Below are positions 38,601 to 46,431 of a stretch of DNA of 64,000 nt, one piece after another (positions within the stretch are counted from its first letter, which is position 1; each line of letters begins with the position of its first letter). The notes below the pieces were generated by a model. The model saw only the letters and a list, made by a program, of their open reading frames with translations. It made no database searches and had not been told where the DNA came from. Origin of the DNA: an uncultured Holophaga sp. Lineage in GTDB: Bacteria; Acidobacteriota; Holophagae; Holophagales; Holophagaceae. The DNA is taken from contig OY761614.1 in NCBI GenBank assembly GCA_963664825.1, positions 256,001-320,000 of the forward strand. The letters run 5' to 3'. The translations under genes were made by a program, and so were the position numbers.

Positions 38601-38728
38601 ACGACCCCTCCCTTTTTGGATTTCACGATGCCCTTGATGGCGCCGGAGGTCGTGCTGGTCTGGCTGTAGCCGGCGACGGCACAGGCCAGGGAGGTTAGAA
38701 GGGCGATGCCTGTCGTGCGTGTATTCAT
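35654..38728 (-). CDS. Oar-like TonB-dependent receptor (copy 2)
   Basis: Same motif set as copy 1 (PINGRNFTDL, FNVGGPIIKDKL, SLDPRFGFTFD, REVQFTLKARF). Confidence 0.92.
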   Translation of the reverse strand: MNTRTTGIALLTSLACAVAGYSQTSTTSGAIKGIVKSKKGGVVAGAKLILRNPETGFARTVVADAKGVFSFSYLPVGNYELIATATGLKTGKNGNLRVSLGETATQNFMLDSAEASAVIEVVAESSNVDSTQLNTATAITQELVEAVPINGRNFTDLVQLTPGATAGGTNAYRTVVEGARGVYNNLQIDGASYNNKFNAENRGGTRVPYSFGQDSIRELQIISNAFDAQYGDASGVVVNAVTKSGTNEVQGMAMWLMRPNSLLANLRPVPYDPDGKINIPSVQTREFSQSQYAFNVGGPIIKDKLHYFVNAEYMKYSQRSQPSVGINTSSDSLDNYNMFWGIKGQGNPTGAPGMGNILITSNSGKTIAQESTSPWNDSFHNLAFLGRLDWTINSNHRMTLRLNNQTYKGDNDTWNRSVKNNEAESNNNGYEIKNTSVVLELTSALTGNLVNEARIQFSTEDRPVTPNSTISTAVSVTGLYAGQYSSAPARTKENLNQFIDNVSFMTGDWMFKGGVDLQSIDMTNDYLASRGGSWYFNLAGANHWWTDTLTTGDTAEYTQGWSRFGGHVKFNEKLFGGYLQAQYSGLLDKRLTLSLGMRYTREMWEDNPYSNPILQNLDHMPDSGSLDPRFGFTFDLFGNSKTVIRGGYGCFSTSNPGQNAASAITNNGINTKTYKATYALNPTLFADGALLNSAYAGRIVNNSVKPLTSAELASLPTSTLQLGIIDPQARMAQSKVVTLGMEQDMGHGLVLGIRGTYKHFYHTQYWMDINMKQVGGSIYNDGYSYNNNNFSVATADRPGVAIVRGRTLDLSGFGGVYLSKYDGEGRYKGLVLTADRRSENGFGFKSSLTFSKSEDNNSNERSTQATLDANPIDPSNPYRMSISDNNVPFRALFTGYAPKIYGFKLSGTVTYSKGYPYSAKYTNDTNGDGLKNDVVESMGWRNGQRQPCRKTFDMRLSRDFRIMKSLRLEGIIDVYNVLNWANQTTGYTAYYTNAASTIPNANYGMINVNDDHTREVQFTLKARF

Positions 38729-38978
38729 TCAGGACTCCTTGCCCGAGAGGGCGCAGTCAAATGGTAGCGGCCAGGGGCCACCGAGTGTTGCGGATGATCG
38801 AAATGTTTCAGGATTGTCAGCGGAAATTGCAGACGGTCCAATCTACTTCAGTCACGTCCCTTTGTCATAGATTTATTTTTTACCCGCGATGTACATTTTG
38901 TATTTCACTCCCACCCCACACGATACGCCACGTCGAATCGGTCAAAGGCCCCTCCAGCCCGATCGATCTCTCCGCCCC

Positions 38979-39683
38979 CTACCGGGAGAGTTCCTCCACG
39001 AAGGCCGGGACGAGCTCGGTGGCGGGGCCCTGGCGGGATTCGCGGAAGGTGCTGTTCATCAGGGAGGGCTCCAGGTTCAGTTCCAGGGTATGGGCCCCTG
39101 CCCCGACCATCTGGACGAAACCCGCGGCCGGGTAGACCTGGCCGGAGGTGCCGATGGCCACGAAGAGTCCGCAGCACTCCAGGGCCCTCGAGATGCGCTC
39201 CATCTCGAAGGGCATCTCGCCGAACCAGACGATATGGGGGCGGAGACGCGAGCCCCCACAGCCTGGACAGGGACTGTCCGGCAGCACGTCCTCCTCCCAG
39301 ATCGAGACCTCGCCGCATTCCAGGCAGCGGACCTTCCGCAGTTCGCCATGCATGTGGATGAGGTTCCGGCTGCCCGCCCGCTCATGGAGATCATCCACGT
39401 TCTGCGTGACCACCAGGACGCCTCCGGGCCAGGTCCGCTCCAGACGCGCCAGGGCATCATGGGCGGCGTTGGGTCTCACATCCCGGAGCTGGCGCCGCCG
39501 ATCATTGTAGAAGCGCTGCACCAGGAGCGGATCCCGCTGGAAACCCTCCGGAGTGGCCACGTCCTCGACCTGGTGTTCCTCCCAGAGCCCATCGGAGGCC
39601 CGGAAGGTGCGCAGGCCGCTCTCGGCACTGATGCCAGCCCCCGTGAGGACGACGATGGAAGCGCTTGGATCGATGTGGAACAT
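38979..39683 (-). CDS. cobB: NAD-dependent protein deacylase (class III sirtuin)
   Basis: [20 protein letters not shown] (YxxR), QNVDDLH, Zn-binding CLEC/CPGC and [10 protein letters not shown]. Confidence 0.95.
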   Translation of the reverse strand: MFHIDPSASIVVLTGAGISAESGLRTFRASDGLWEEHQVEDVATPEGFQRDPLLVQRFYNDRRRQLRDVRPNAAHDALARLERTWPGGVLVVTQNVDDLHERAGSRNLIHMHGELRKVRCLECGEVSIWEEDVLPDSPCPGCGGSRLRPHIVWFGEMPFEMERISRALECCGLFVAIGTSGQVYPAAGFVQMVGAGAHTLELNLEPSLMNSTFRESRQGPATELVPAFVEELSR

Positions 39684-39725
39684 GGTTCATTCAGCCCTGA
39701 ATTTGCGTTTCGAAGAATGGAGCGG

Positions 39726-39860
39726 AACTGCGGAACCGCAGAGAGCTCAGAGGTAAACAGAGGGCACAGAGAAAAGAAGAAATGCAGCACGCCCCGCTCT
39801 TTTCAGCGCCCTCTCTATCTTTTCCTCTGCGCCCTCGGTGGTTCATCTTTTGCATGGATG
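39726..39860. repeat. ~135-bp palindromic repeat, copy 1 (aaccgcagag...ctcggtggtt type)
   Basis: Colinear with 40701-40835, about 14 mismatches by eye; the ends form an imperfect inverted repeat. Confidence 0.9.
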
Positions 39861-39935
39861 CGCTCAGATCGATGTGGAACACATTACTTTTAGTCTGGAT
39901 TGGAATGCTCGCTTCCTCTTCACGCGTGGGCAGTC

Positions 39936-40337
39936 TCAATTCGCGGCAGCCCAATCGACAATCATCAATTCCTCAATGCGCTCAAAATCCTTCACGTTAT
40001 GGGTCACCAATGCACATCCATGGGCTAAACACGTTGCAGCAATCATCAGATCTCGATCTGGCGCAGGTTGAGTCTTGAATCGAGCCCTCAAGCGTCCGTA
40101 CCAATCCGCGGCCGAAGCATTGAAATCGATCACCGGATACGCGCCCCGCAGATCCTGGATGAGAATTTCCAATTTGGCAGAAGCTGCAGGATTGTTGTGC
40201 CTCCCAAAGACCAACTCCGCGAGCACCACGGAAGGCACCACCACGCCTGCCGGGTCGACCCCCTCCAGCCTTGCCCGAACAATCCCATCGCCTCGCCATA
40301 GGTAGCTGACGATGTTCGTATCAAGGGCGAACCTCAT
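39936..40337 (-). CDS. vapC: VapC-family PIN-domain toxin
   Basis: ALDTNIV, LAELVFG, DRDLMIAA and LVTHNVKDF carry the acidic PIN residues. Confidence 0.93.
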   Translation of the reverse strand: MRFALDTNIVSYLWRGDGIVRARLEGVDPAGVVVPSVVLAELVFGRHNNPAASAKLEILIQDLRGAYPVIDFNASAADWYGRLRARFKTQPAPDRDLMIAATCLAHGCALVTHNVKDFERIEELMIVDWAAAN

Positions 40338-40573
40338 AGCTCAAGCTCACGCAGCGTCGGGCTCATGGGCGCCAACACCACATCTCCGAGATCAGCCTTG
40401 GCAATGAGGTCGAAGTTCAGATGCCGCGTCCCACGCGCAATCGGTGGAGGCTGCACCGCATCCGCCAGGATCACCCGGACCTCTGCTTCCATCGAACGAT
40501 GGTGCCCCTTCGCCCGGGTTTGAAGCTGGCTCACGAGGTCTTCGGAAATGCTTCGCACATGGATGATCGCCAT
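40334..40573 (-). CDS. FitA/VapB-like ribbon-helix-helix antitoxin
   Basis: MAIIHVRSISEDLVSQLQTRAKGHHRSMEAEVRVIL; ATGA overlap with vapC. Confidence 0.9.
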   Translation of the reverse strand: MAIIHVRSISEDLVSQLQTRAKGHHRSMEAEVRVILADAVQPPPIARGTRHLNFDLIAKADLGDVVLAPMSPTLRELEL

Positions 40574-40700
40574 TTCGAGTCCCTCCCCATCTAAGGATGG
40601 AGCCACCTTGGGGTGTGTGCAAGCAAAATGCTTACACATCCCAAAACTTACCCCAAAGCGACGCCGGGACCCTGGGCACCCCGGCTCGAACACTTGCGCC

Positions 40701-40835
40701 AACTGCTGAACCGCAGAGCGCGGAGAGGTAAACTGAGGGCGCAGAGAAAAGCAGGGATGCCGCACGCCCCGCTCTTCTCAGCGCCCTCTCTATCTTTTCC
40801 TCTGCGCCCTCGGTGGTTCATCTTTCTCATGAATG
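40701..40835. repeat. ~135-bp palindromic repeat, copy 2
   Basis: Direct repeat of 39726-39860. Confidence 0.9.
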
Positions 40836-40841
40836 TTGATG

Positions 40842-42470
40842 GTATCGATTCACCCCCCCCCCATGCAGGCTCAACTCGTGATTGAGGATAAAATCACCGC
40901 AAGTGAATAATTCGCTTGTACTTTGGTCTCAAACCAGTCAGATTCTGAAGGATGGAGCTTGATCCTGTTCTGACTGATCCGCGTTATCTGGCCCTGGCTG
41001 CCGAGAACGGGGAACTGCGTGCGGAAATGGTCTGCCTGCGGGAGGCGATGGAACGCCTGGAAAAATTGCTGGAGTCGCTCCAGGATCGCCTCGGGAAGGA
41101 CAGTCGCAACAGCAGCAAGCCCCCCAGTTCGGACGGACCCGCGGCGCCACCCAAGCCACCGGCGCCGCCCACGGGGCGCAAGCGCGGCGGCCAACCGGGA
41201 CGGAAGGGATCCGCTCGGGTGATGCTGCCGGAAGGCAGCGAGGACCGTACGGTTTCGGTGCCCCTCGCCTGTTGCCCCCACTGCCGAGGCGAGGTTCCTT
41301 CAGGGGCCATCACCGGGACGCGCCTGCACCGGGTGGTGGATCTGGCTCAGCGCCTCACAGAAGTCATCGCCTACGCGCTGGAGGAGGGGATCTGCCCGCA
41401 CTGCCAGAGGAAGGTGCAGGCGCCGCTTCCCCCAGAGGCTGCGCCGGGCGGGATCGGCCCGCGCCTTCAGGCTGCGGCGGCCTATCTGCGCACAGAGGGC
41501 CGCATGAGCCTGACGCCGCTCCAGCGTTTCCTCTCGGAGGTGACGGGCGTAGCGGTCTCACGCGGTTGGCTGCACGAGAGCGGTGTGGCGCTGGGGAGCC
41601 ACCTACTCCCCGCCTGGGAGGACCTCTCCCAGCAGATCCGTACGGCGGATGTGCTCAACCTCGACGAGACCGGCTTCGGCCGGAAGGACCGGGACTGGAT
41701 CTGGGTGGCCCTTTCCGCCCGTACGGCCCTCTTCCACTTCAGTGACACCCGTGGGGCGAGGGCCCTAAAGGCGATACTTCCCGAGGACTTCCAAGGCGTG
41801 ATTGGCACGGACCGCTACGGCGCCTACAACGCCTTAAAATCTGCCGTTCGCCAGTTCTGCTGGGCCCATTTGCGCCGCGAGTTCGTCGCCCTGAGCGAAT
41901 CCCAGAAGCCCGAGGTGGCCGCACTGGGAAAGCGACTGCTCGCCGAGCAGGAGGAGATCTTTGCGCTGTGGCACACCTTCCGGGCGGGCGACATCAGCCG
42001 GAAAGAGCTCCGGGCCTGCACCGCCATCAATCTGGCGCGGCTCAAACGCGGTCTGATCCAGGCCAGCGCGATGGATCACAAGGCCGCCCGAAACCTCGGG
42101 AAGGACCTCCTCCGGAAATGGGACAAGCTCTGGGTGTTCCTGAAGGTCGAGGGCGTGGAGCCGACGAACAATGCGGCCGAGCGGGCCCTGCGCCCCCTCG
42201 TGATCCTCAAGCGGATCTTCCAGCGACTGCCCAGCGCGGACGGAAAGCGATTCTTCGAACGCCTCCTGAGCCTGGGCACCACCGCCCGCATCCGCGGCGT
42301 CCCCTACTTCGACTGGCTGCTCAGGGCCCTCCACTCCGCCCGATCCAACCAGCCCCTACCGGCACTGGAACCAGCCTGAGGCTGCCAGGGCAAGCGGGAC
42401 ATCACCAGCCCATCATGGCTGCCTGCCACCGGCTTACGTGGTCACAGGGACAAGGGGGGTGAATCGATAC
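40842..42470 (+). mobile_element. IS66-family insertion sequence, single-ORF (ISBst12-like), 1629 bp
   Basis: 17-bp terminal IRs gtatcgattcacccccc (40842-40858) and ggggggtgaatcgatac (42454-42470). 8-bp TSD tgttgatg at 40834-40841 and 42471-42478. Confidence 0.95.
40952..42379 (+). CDS. IS66-family DDE transposase (TnpC)
   Basis: Coiled coil + SRNSSKPPSSD, CPHC zinc motifs, LDETG, TDRYGAY, CWAHLRR and TNNAAERALR. Confidence 0.96.
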   Translation: MELDPVLTDPRYLALAAENGELRAEMVCLREAMERLEKLLESLQDRLGKDSRNSSKPPSSDGPAAPPKPPAPPTGRKRGGQPGRKGSARVMLPEGSEDRTVSVPLACCPHCRGEVPSGAITGTRLHRVVDLAQRLTEVIAYALEEGICPHCQRKVQAPLPPEAAPGGIGPRLQAAAAYLRTEGRMSLTPLQRFLSEVTGVAVSRGWLHESGVALGSHLLPAWEDLSQQIRTADVLNLDETGFGRKDRDWIWVALSARTALFHFSDTRGARALKAILPEDFQGVIGTDRYGAYNALKSAVRQFCWAHLRREFVALSESQKPEVAALGKRLLAEQEEIFALWHTFRAGDISRKELRACTAINLARLKRGLIQASAMDHKAARNLGKDLLRKWDKLWVFLKVEGVEPTNNAAERALRPLVILKRIFQRLPSADGKRFFERLLSLGTTARIRGVPYFDWLLRALHSARSNQPLPALEPA

Positions 42471-42483
42471 TGTTGATGAACTT

Positions 42484-43398
42484 TCAGAGGCTCAGCTGGT
42501 CCAGCTTATCGGGCCTATCCCGCCAGCCCTCCTCGACCTTCACATGGAGATCGAGGCGCACCGGCCGCTGGAGGAGCTTCTTGAGCTCCCGCTGAGCGCT
42601 CTGCCGGATATCCCGGATCTTCTCGCCCCCGGATCCCAGGAGGATCTTGCGGTGGCTATCCCGATCCACGAGGATCTCGACTTCCAGGTAGGCCCCGTCC
42701 TCGGCCAGATCCTCGGGGAAATCCTCCTGGCCCGCCTCGATCCAGCGCCGGATGAGGACGGCCACACCATGGGGCACCTCCTCCCGGGTCTTGCGGAGCA
42801 CCTTCTCACGGATGAATTCCGCGGCCATGCCCCGCTCGGTCTGATCGGTGAAGGTATCCAGCGCGTAGTTCCATTCCCCCTTGGGCGCGTCCCGCTCCAG
42901 GACCGCCCAGAGGGGCTCCAGATTCTGTCCCAGCTTGGCGCTGAGGGGGATGATCTCCCGGTATTCCATCAGATCCTTGTAGGCGACGATCTTCTCCAGC
43001 ATCCGGCCCTTGGAGAGCAGATCGAGCTTATTGAGGATCAGGTAGACAGGCTGCTGGGCCGCCTTCAGGCGCTTGGCGAGTTCCCGCTCGCCGGGCCCCA
43101 GGAAGCCATCGGCATCCACCACCCATACCAGGAGATCGGCCTCGGAGAGAGCCAGTTCCACATGGTGGAGCATGCGCTGATTGAGGGCATGCTGGGGCTG
43201 ATGAACCCCCGGCGTATCCAGGAAGGCCAATTGGACCTCCCCCCGGTTCACCACGCCCAGGATCTTCCCCCGGGTGGTCTGGGGGGTCTGGCTCACGGCC
43301 GCCAGCTTCTCCCCCACCAGGGCATTGAGCAGGGTGGATTTGCCCGAATTGGGGATGCCGAGAAGAGCGACCGTGGCGAAGCGTTGGGTATCACCCAC
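42484..43398 (-). CDS. era: GTPase Era
   Basis: GIPNSGKST, PQTTR, DTPG, NKLD, E.IREK..EEVP and a KH domain. Confidence 0.96.
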   Translation of the reverse strand: MGDTQRFATVALLGIPNSGKSTLLNALVGEKLAAVSQTPQTTRGKILGVVNRGEVQLAFLDTPGVHQPQHALNQRMLHHVELALSEADLLVWVVDADGFLGPGERELAKRLKAAQQPVYLILNKLDLLSKGRMLEKIVAYKDLMEYREIIPLSAKLGQNLEPLWAVLERDAPKGEWNYALDTFTDQTERGMAAEFIREKVLRKTREEVPHGVAVLIRRWIEAGQEDFPEDLAEDGAYLEVEILVDRDSHRKILLGSGGEKIRDIRQSAQRELKKLLQRPVRLDLHVKVEEGWRDRPDKLDQLSL

Positions 43399-44176
43399 GG
43401 TGGACGCCCCGCTTGGCCTCGCGCATGAAACGCACCAGGTAGGCGACCTCCGCGAGATGGCCCAGTTCCATCTCCACCTTCAGCAGGCCCTCCTCCTTGA
43501 GGAGGCCGCTGTGGAAGAGGATGCGGTGGGCCTGCATGAGGCCCGCGATGACCTCCTCGGGGAAGCCCTTGCGCCGCAGGCCGATGGCGTTCACGCCGTA
43601 GCTCTTGGTGCCCCGGGTCCCCACGGTCTTCATGAAGGGCAGGACGTCCTGGGTGGCTACCGTGAAGCCGCCCATGAAGGCGTGGTCGCCCACCCGGCAG
43701 AACTGATGCACGGCGGAGAAGGCGCCGATGGTGCAGCCGTCGCCCACAGAAACGTGACCGGCCAGGGTGCCGCAGTTGGCGAAGATGTTTTTGCTGCCCA
43801 CATGGCAGTCGTGGGCCACATGGGAACCGGTCATGAAGAAATTCTCGTCGGCGATGGTGGTGAGGCCGCCGCCCCCCTCCGTGCCCCGGTGCATGGTGCA
43901 GCCCTCGCGGAACACGTTGCGGTTGCCGATCACCAGGCGCGTGGGGGCGCCCTTGAACTTCAGGTCCTGGGGGCCCATGCCGAGGGTGCAGTGGGGATAG
44001 ACCTCGTTATCCTCACCGAGTTCGGTGTGGGGGCCGATAACCACATGGCTCCGGAGAATGGTGCGGGCGCCGATCTTCGAACTGCCTTCGATGACACAGA
44101 AGGGACCGATGATGGCCCCATCGGCGATTTGAGCCTCGGGGCTGATGACGGAGGAGGGATGAATCTGAGCGGCCAT
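43391..44176 (-). CDS. lpxA: UDP-N-acetylglucosamine O-acyltransferase
   Basis: Hexapeptide repeats, PQDLKF, HRGT, HVAHDC and VHQF. Confidence 0.97.
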   Translation of the reverse strand: MAAQIHPSSVISPEAQIADGAIIGPFCVIEGSSKIGARTILRSHVVIGPHTELGEDNEVYPHCTLGMGPQDLKFKGAPTRLVIGNRNVFREGCTMHRGTEGGGGLTTIADENFFMTGSHVAHDCHVGSKNIFANCGTLAGHVSVGDGCTIGAFSAVHQFCRVGDHAFMGGFTVATQDVLPFMKTVGTRGTKSYGVNAIGLRRKGFPEEVIAGLMQAHRILFHSGLLKEEGLLKVEMELGHLAEVAYLVRFMREAKRGVHRG

Positions 44177-44178
44177 GA

Positions 44179-44643
44179 TTATTTCCCCTCCGGGAGATCG
44201 ATGAGCATGGACATGAATTCAGCCTCGGCGGCCTTCTGGCCATCCACGAAGGCCTCGCCCCGCATCTTGCAGATCTTGCCCTTGTTGTAGACCACCTTGA
44301 CCTCCATCACCAGCTGGTCGCCGGGGACGACGGGCTTGCGGAATTTGACCGCATCGATGGACATGAAGTAGATGACCTTCCGGGAGCGATCCGGGAATTT
44401 TTGCAGGATCAGGCAGCCACCGGTCTGGGCCATGGCCTCGATGATGAGCACGCCGGGGAAGACCGGCTGCTTGGGGAAGTGGCCCTGGAAGATGGGATCC
44501 CCCATGGTGATGTTCTTGACCCCACGGATCCACTCGCCCTCGGCGTAGTCCACGATCCGGTCCACCAGGAGCATGGGATAGCGATGGGGCAGAAGATCCA
44601 TGATCCCCTGGATATCGAAGGTCTTGGCGCTCGGATCGGGCAT
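44179..44643 (-). CDS. fabZ: 3-hydroxyacyl-ACP dehydratase
   Basis: LPHRYPMLLVD, FQGHFP, PGVLIIEAMAQ and KFRKPVVPGD. Confidence 0.97.
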   Translation of the reverse strand: MPDPSAKTFDIQGIMDLLPHRYPMLLVDRIVDYAEGEWIRGVKNITMGDPIFQGHFPKQPVFPGVLIIEAMAQTGGCLILQKFPDRSRKVIYFMSIDAVKFRKPVVPGDQLVMEVKVVYNKGKICKMRGEAFVDGQKAAEAEFMSMLIDLPEGK

Positions 44644-44696
44644 GAAAAAACTCCAGAACGGTCATTATCTCACAGCCGCGACCCGTTGTCCCCGGC

Positions 44697-46412
44697 TCAA
44701 GTCCTGGCCGTGCGCTCGTAGACCTTGGCTTGGATGAAGAGCCGCACCAGTTCCGGGTCGAAGTGCCCGGCCTGGGCGTCGGCCTCCAGGATTTCCAGGC
44801 TCCGCTCCAGGGGCAGGGCCGCCTTGTAGGGGCGGTCCTGGGCCGTGAGGGCGTCGAAGACATCGGCAATGGCCATGGCCTGGCTCTGGAGGGGGATCTC
44901 AGAAGCCTTCAGGCCCCGGGGGTAGCCGCGGCCGTTCAGGCGCTCGTGATGGGCGAAGGCGATCTGGGGCACTCCGGCCAGATCCCTCGTCCAGGGGATC
45001 TGACTAAGGAATTGGAAGGTGAGGGTGACGTGGCTTTCGATCTCGCGACGCTCGGCCAAGGAGAGGCTGCCCTTGGGAATCCGCAGGGCCGCCAGATCGC
45101 CTTCGGTGACCACGGCGGCCGATAAGCCGTCCCAGCGGGCGTATTCCAATTCCCCCAACCGCTCCAGGTCGCCCAGGACCTCCTGGGGCAGGACGGTAGG
45201 TTCGTTGGCCTGGACCACCAGCGCGATGAGGCGCTGGGTTTCCTCCTGGAAGGCCCGGAGAAGCTGGCGCCAGTCCTCGGCGTCGAAGGGGCACCCGGAT
45301 TGCCACGCCAGGAAGAGCCTCCGTCGCGTCTGTTCCTCCTGCCGCTGCCGGAGGTGTTGGAGCACCAGTTCCAAGCGGGGCGCTTCGAGCTTCTTGGCCT
45401 TCACCAGCACCTGCTCCCGCACGCCCACCTTCCCGAAGTCATGGAGGAGGCTCGCGTAGCGGATCTCCCGGAGCTGCCGGGAGCTGAAGAAGACCTCCCC
45501 GTAAGGCCCCTCGGTCGCGGCGTTGATGGCCTCAGCCAGGGCCACCGTGAGGGCGGCCACGCGACCGGAATGCCCGCTGGTAACCGGGTCGCGCTGTTCG
45601 ATGGCGAGCACGGAGGCGTTCACGAAGCTCTCGAAGAGCTGCTCGATCTCCCGGCGATATCCGGCGTTCTTGACCGCGACGCCAGCCTGCCCCGCCAGGC
45701 TCTGGGCCAAGCGGAGGTGGCCCGCCCTGAAGGCCACGGGAGAAGGAGCGTCCTCTCCTTCCTCCAGCCGGTTGATGAGCTGAAGGACCCCGAGGATCTC
45801 CCCCTCGGTATCCCGTAGGGGCACCGAGAGCATGGAGATGGTGCGGTATCCGGTCTGGAGATCGAAGCTATCGTTGAACTGGTAGGGCACGCCCTCCGGC
45901 AGGCGATGGACATCCTCGATATTGAGGCACTCTCCCGTGGCGGCCACGAAACCCGCCATGGAGGCCCTGGAGATGGGCAGGCGAAAGCGGTGATAGGGAA
46001 GGCTGAGCTTGGCATTCTGGGTGTGGGCGAAGAGCAGTTCCCGGGTCGGTCCATTCCCCAGCACGAGGTAGATGGACCCCGCTTCGGCAGACAGGAGCTG
46101 CCGGGCCTGGACCAGGATCAGGTCCAGCAGGCGATCCAGGTCCTGCTCCGAAGCCAGCGCCCGCCCCACCTCGTGCAGGCGCTCCATGTCGCGCCGATCC
46201 TTGAGGCGCTGGAAACCCGCCTCAAGAAGCGCCTGGGCTCCCTTCAGGCCGGGCCAGACCCCGCAGGAGGCCAGCTCTCCCTCGCCCTCCATGCCCAGCA
46301 CCACATCGGCCGGAGCCTGGTCCACCCAGGCCAAGGCGCCAAGGAGCTCCCTGCCCAGATGAGCCTCGAGGCTGCTACGGTGACTGAAGGGGAGGGCAAC
46401 AGTGAAACGCAA
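44697..46412 (-). CDS. GAF + HD-GYP cyclic-dinucleotide phosphodiesterase
   Basis: GAF region, RDPVTSGHS, LHDFGK, HHERLNGRGYP and ADVFDALT..RPYK. Confidence 0.92.
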   Translation of the reverse strand: MRFTVALPFSHRSSLEAHLGRELLGALAWVDQAPADVVLGMEGEGELASCGVWPGLKGAQALLEAGFQRLKDRRDMERLHEVGRALASEQDLDRLLDLILVQARQLLSAEAGSIYLVLGNGPTRELLFAHTQNAKLSLPYHRFRLPISRASMAGFVAATGECLNIEDVHRLPEGVPYQFNDSFDLQTGYRTISMLSVPLRDTEGEILGVLQLINRLEEGEDAPSPVAFRAGHLRLAQSLAGQAGVAVKNAGYRREIEQLFESFVNASVLAIEQRDPVTSGHSGRVAALTVALAEAINAATEGPYGEVFFSSRQLREIRYASLLHDFGKVGVREQVLVKAKKLEAPRLELVLQHLRQRQEEQTRRRLFLAWQSGCPFDAEDWRQLLRAFQEETQRLIALVVQANEPTVLPQEVLGDLERLGELEYARWDGLSAAVVTEGDLAALRIPKGSLSLAERREIESHVTLTFQFLSQIPWTRDLAGVPQIAFAHHERLNGRGYPRGLKASEIPLQSQAMAIADVFDALTAQDRPYKAALPLERSLEILEADAQAGHFDPELVRLFIQAKVYERTART

Positions 46413-46431
46413 GGTCGGTTCCGGGCCAAGA

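Noticed and set aside
40574..40765. N-terminal extension of the antitoxin ORF (143 aa in the ORF track) and other small ORFs over the repeats
   Set aside because: They are translations of the palindromic repeat and promoter; RHH homology starts at ATG 40573.
39936..42470. Composite transposon carrying vapBC
   Set aside because: Only one IS copy is present and its TSD flanks the IS alone, so vapBC lies outside it.
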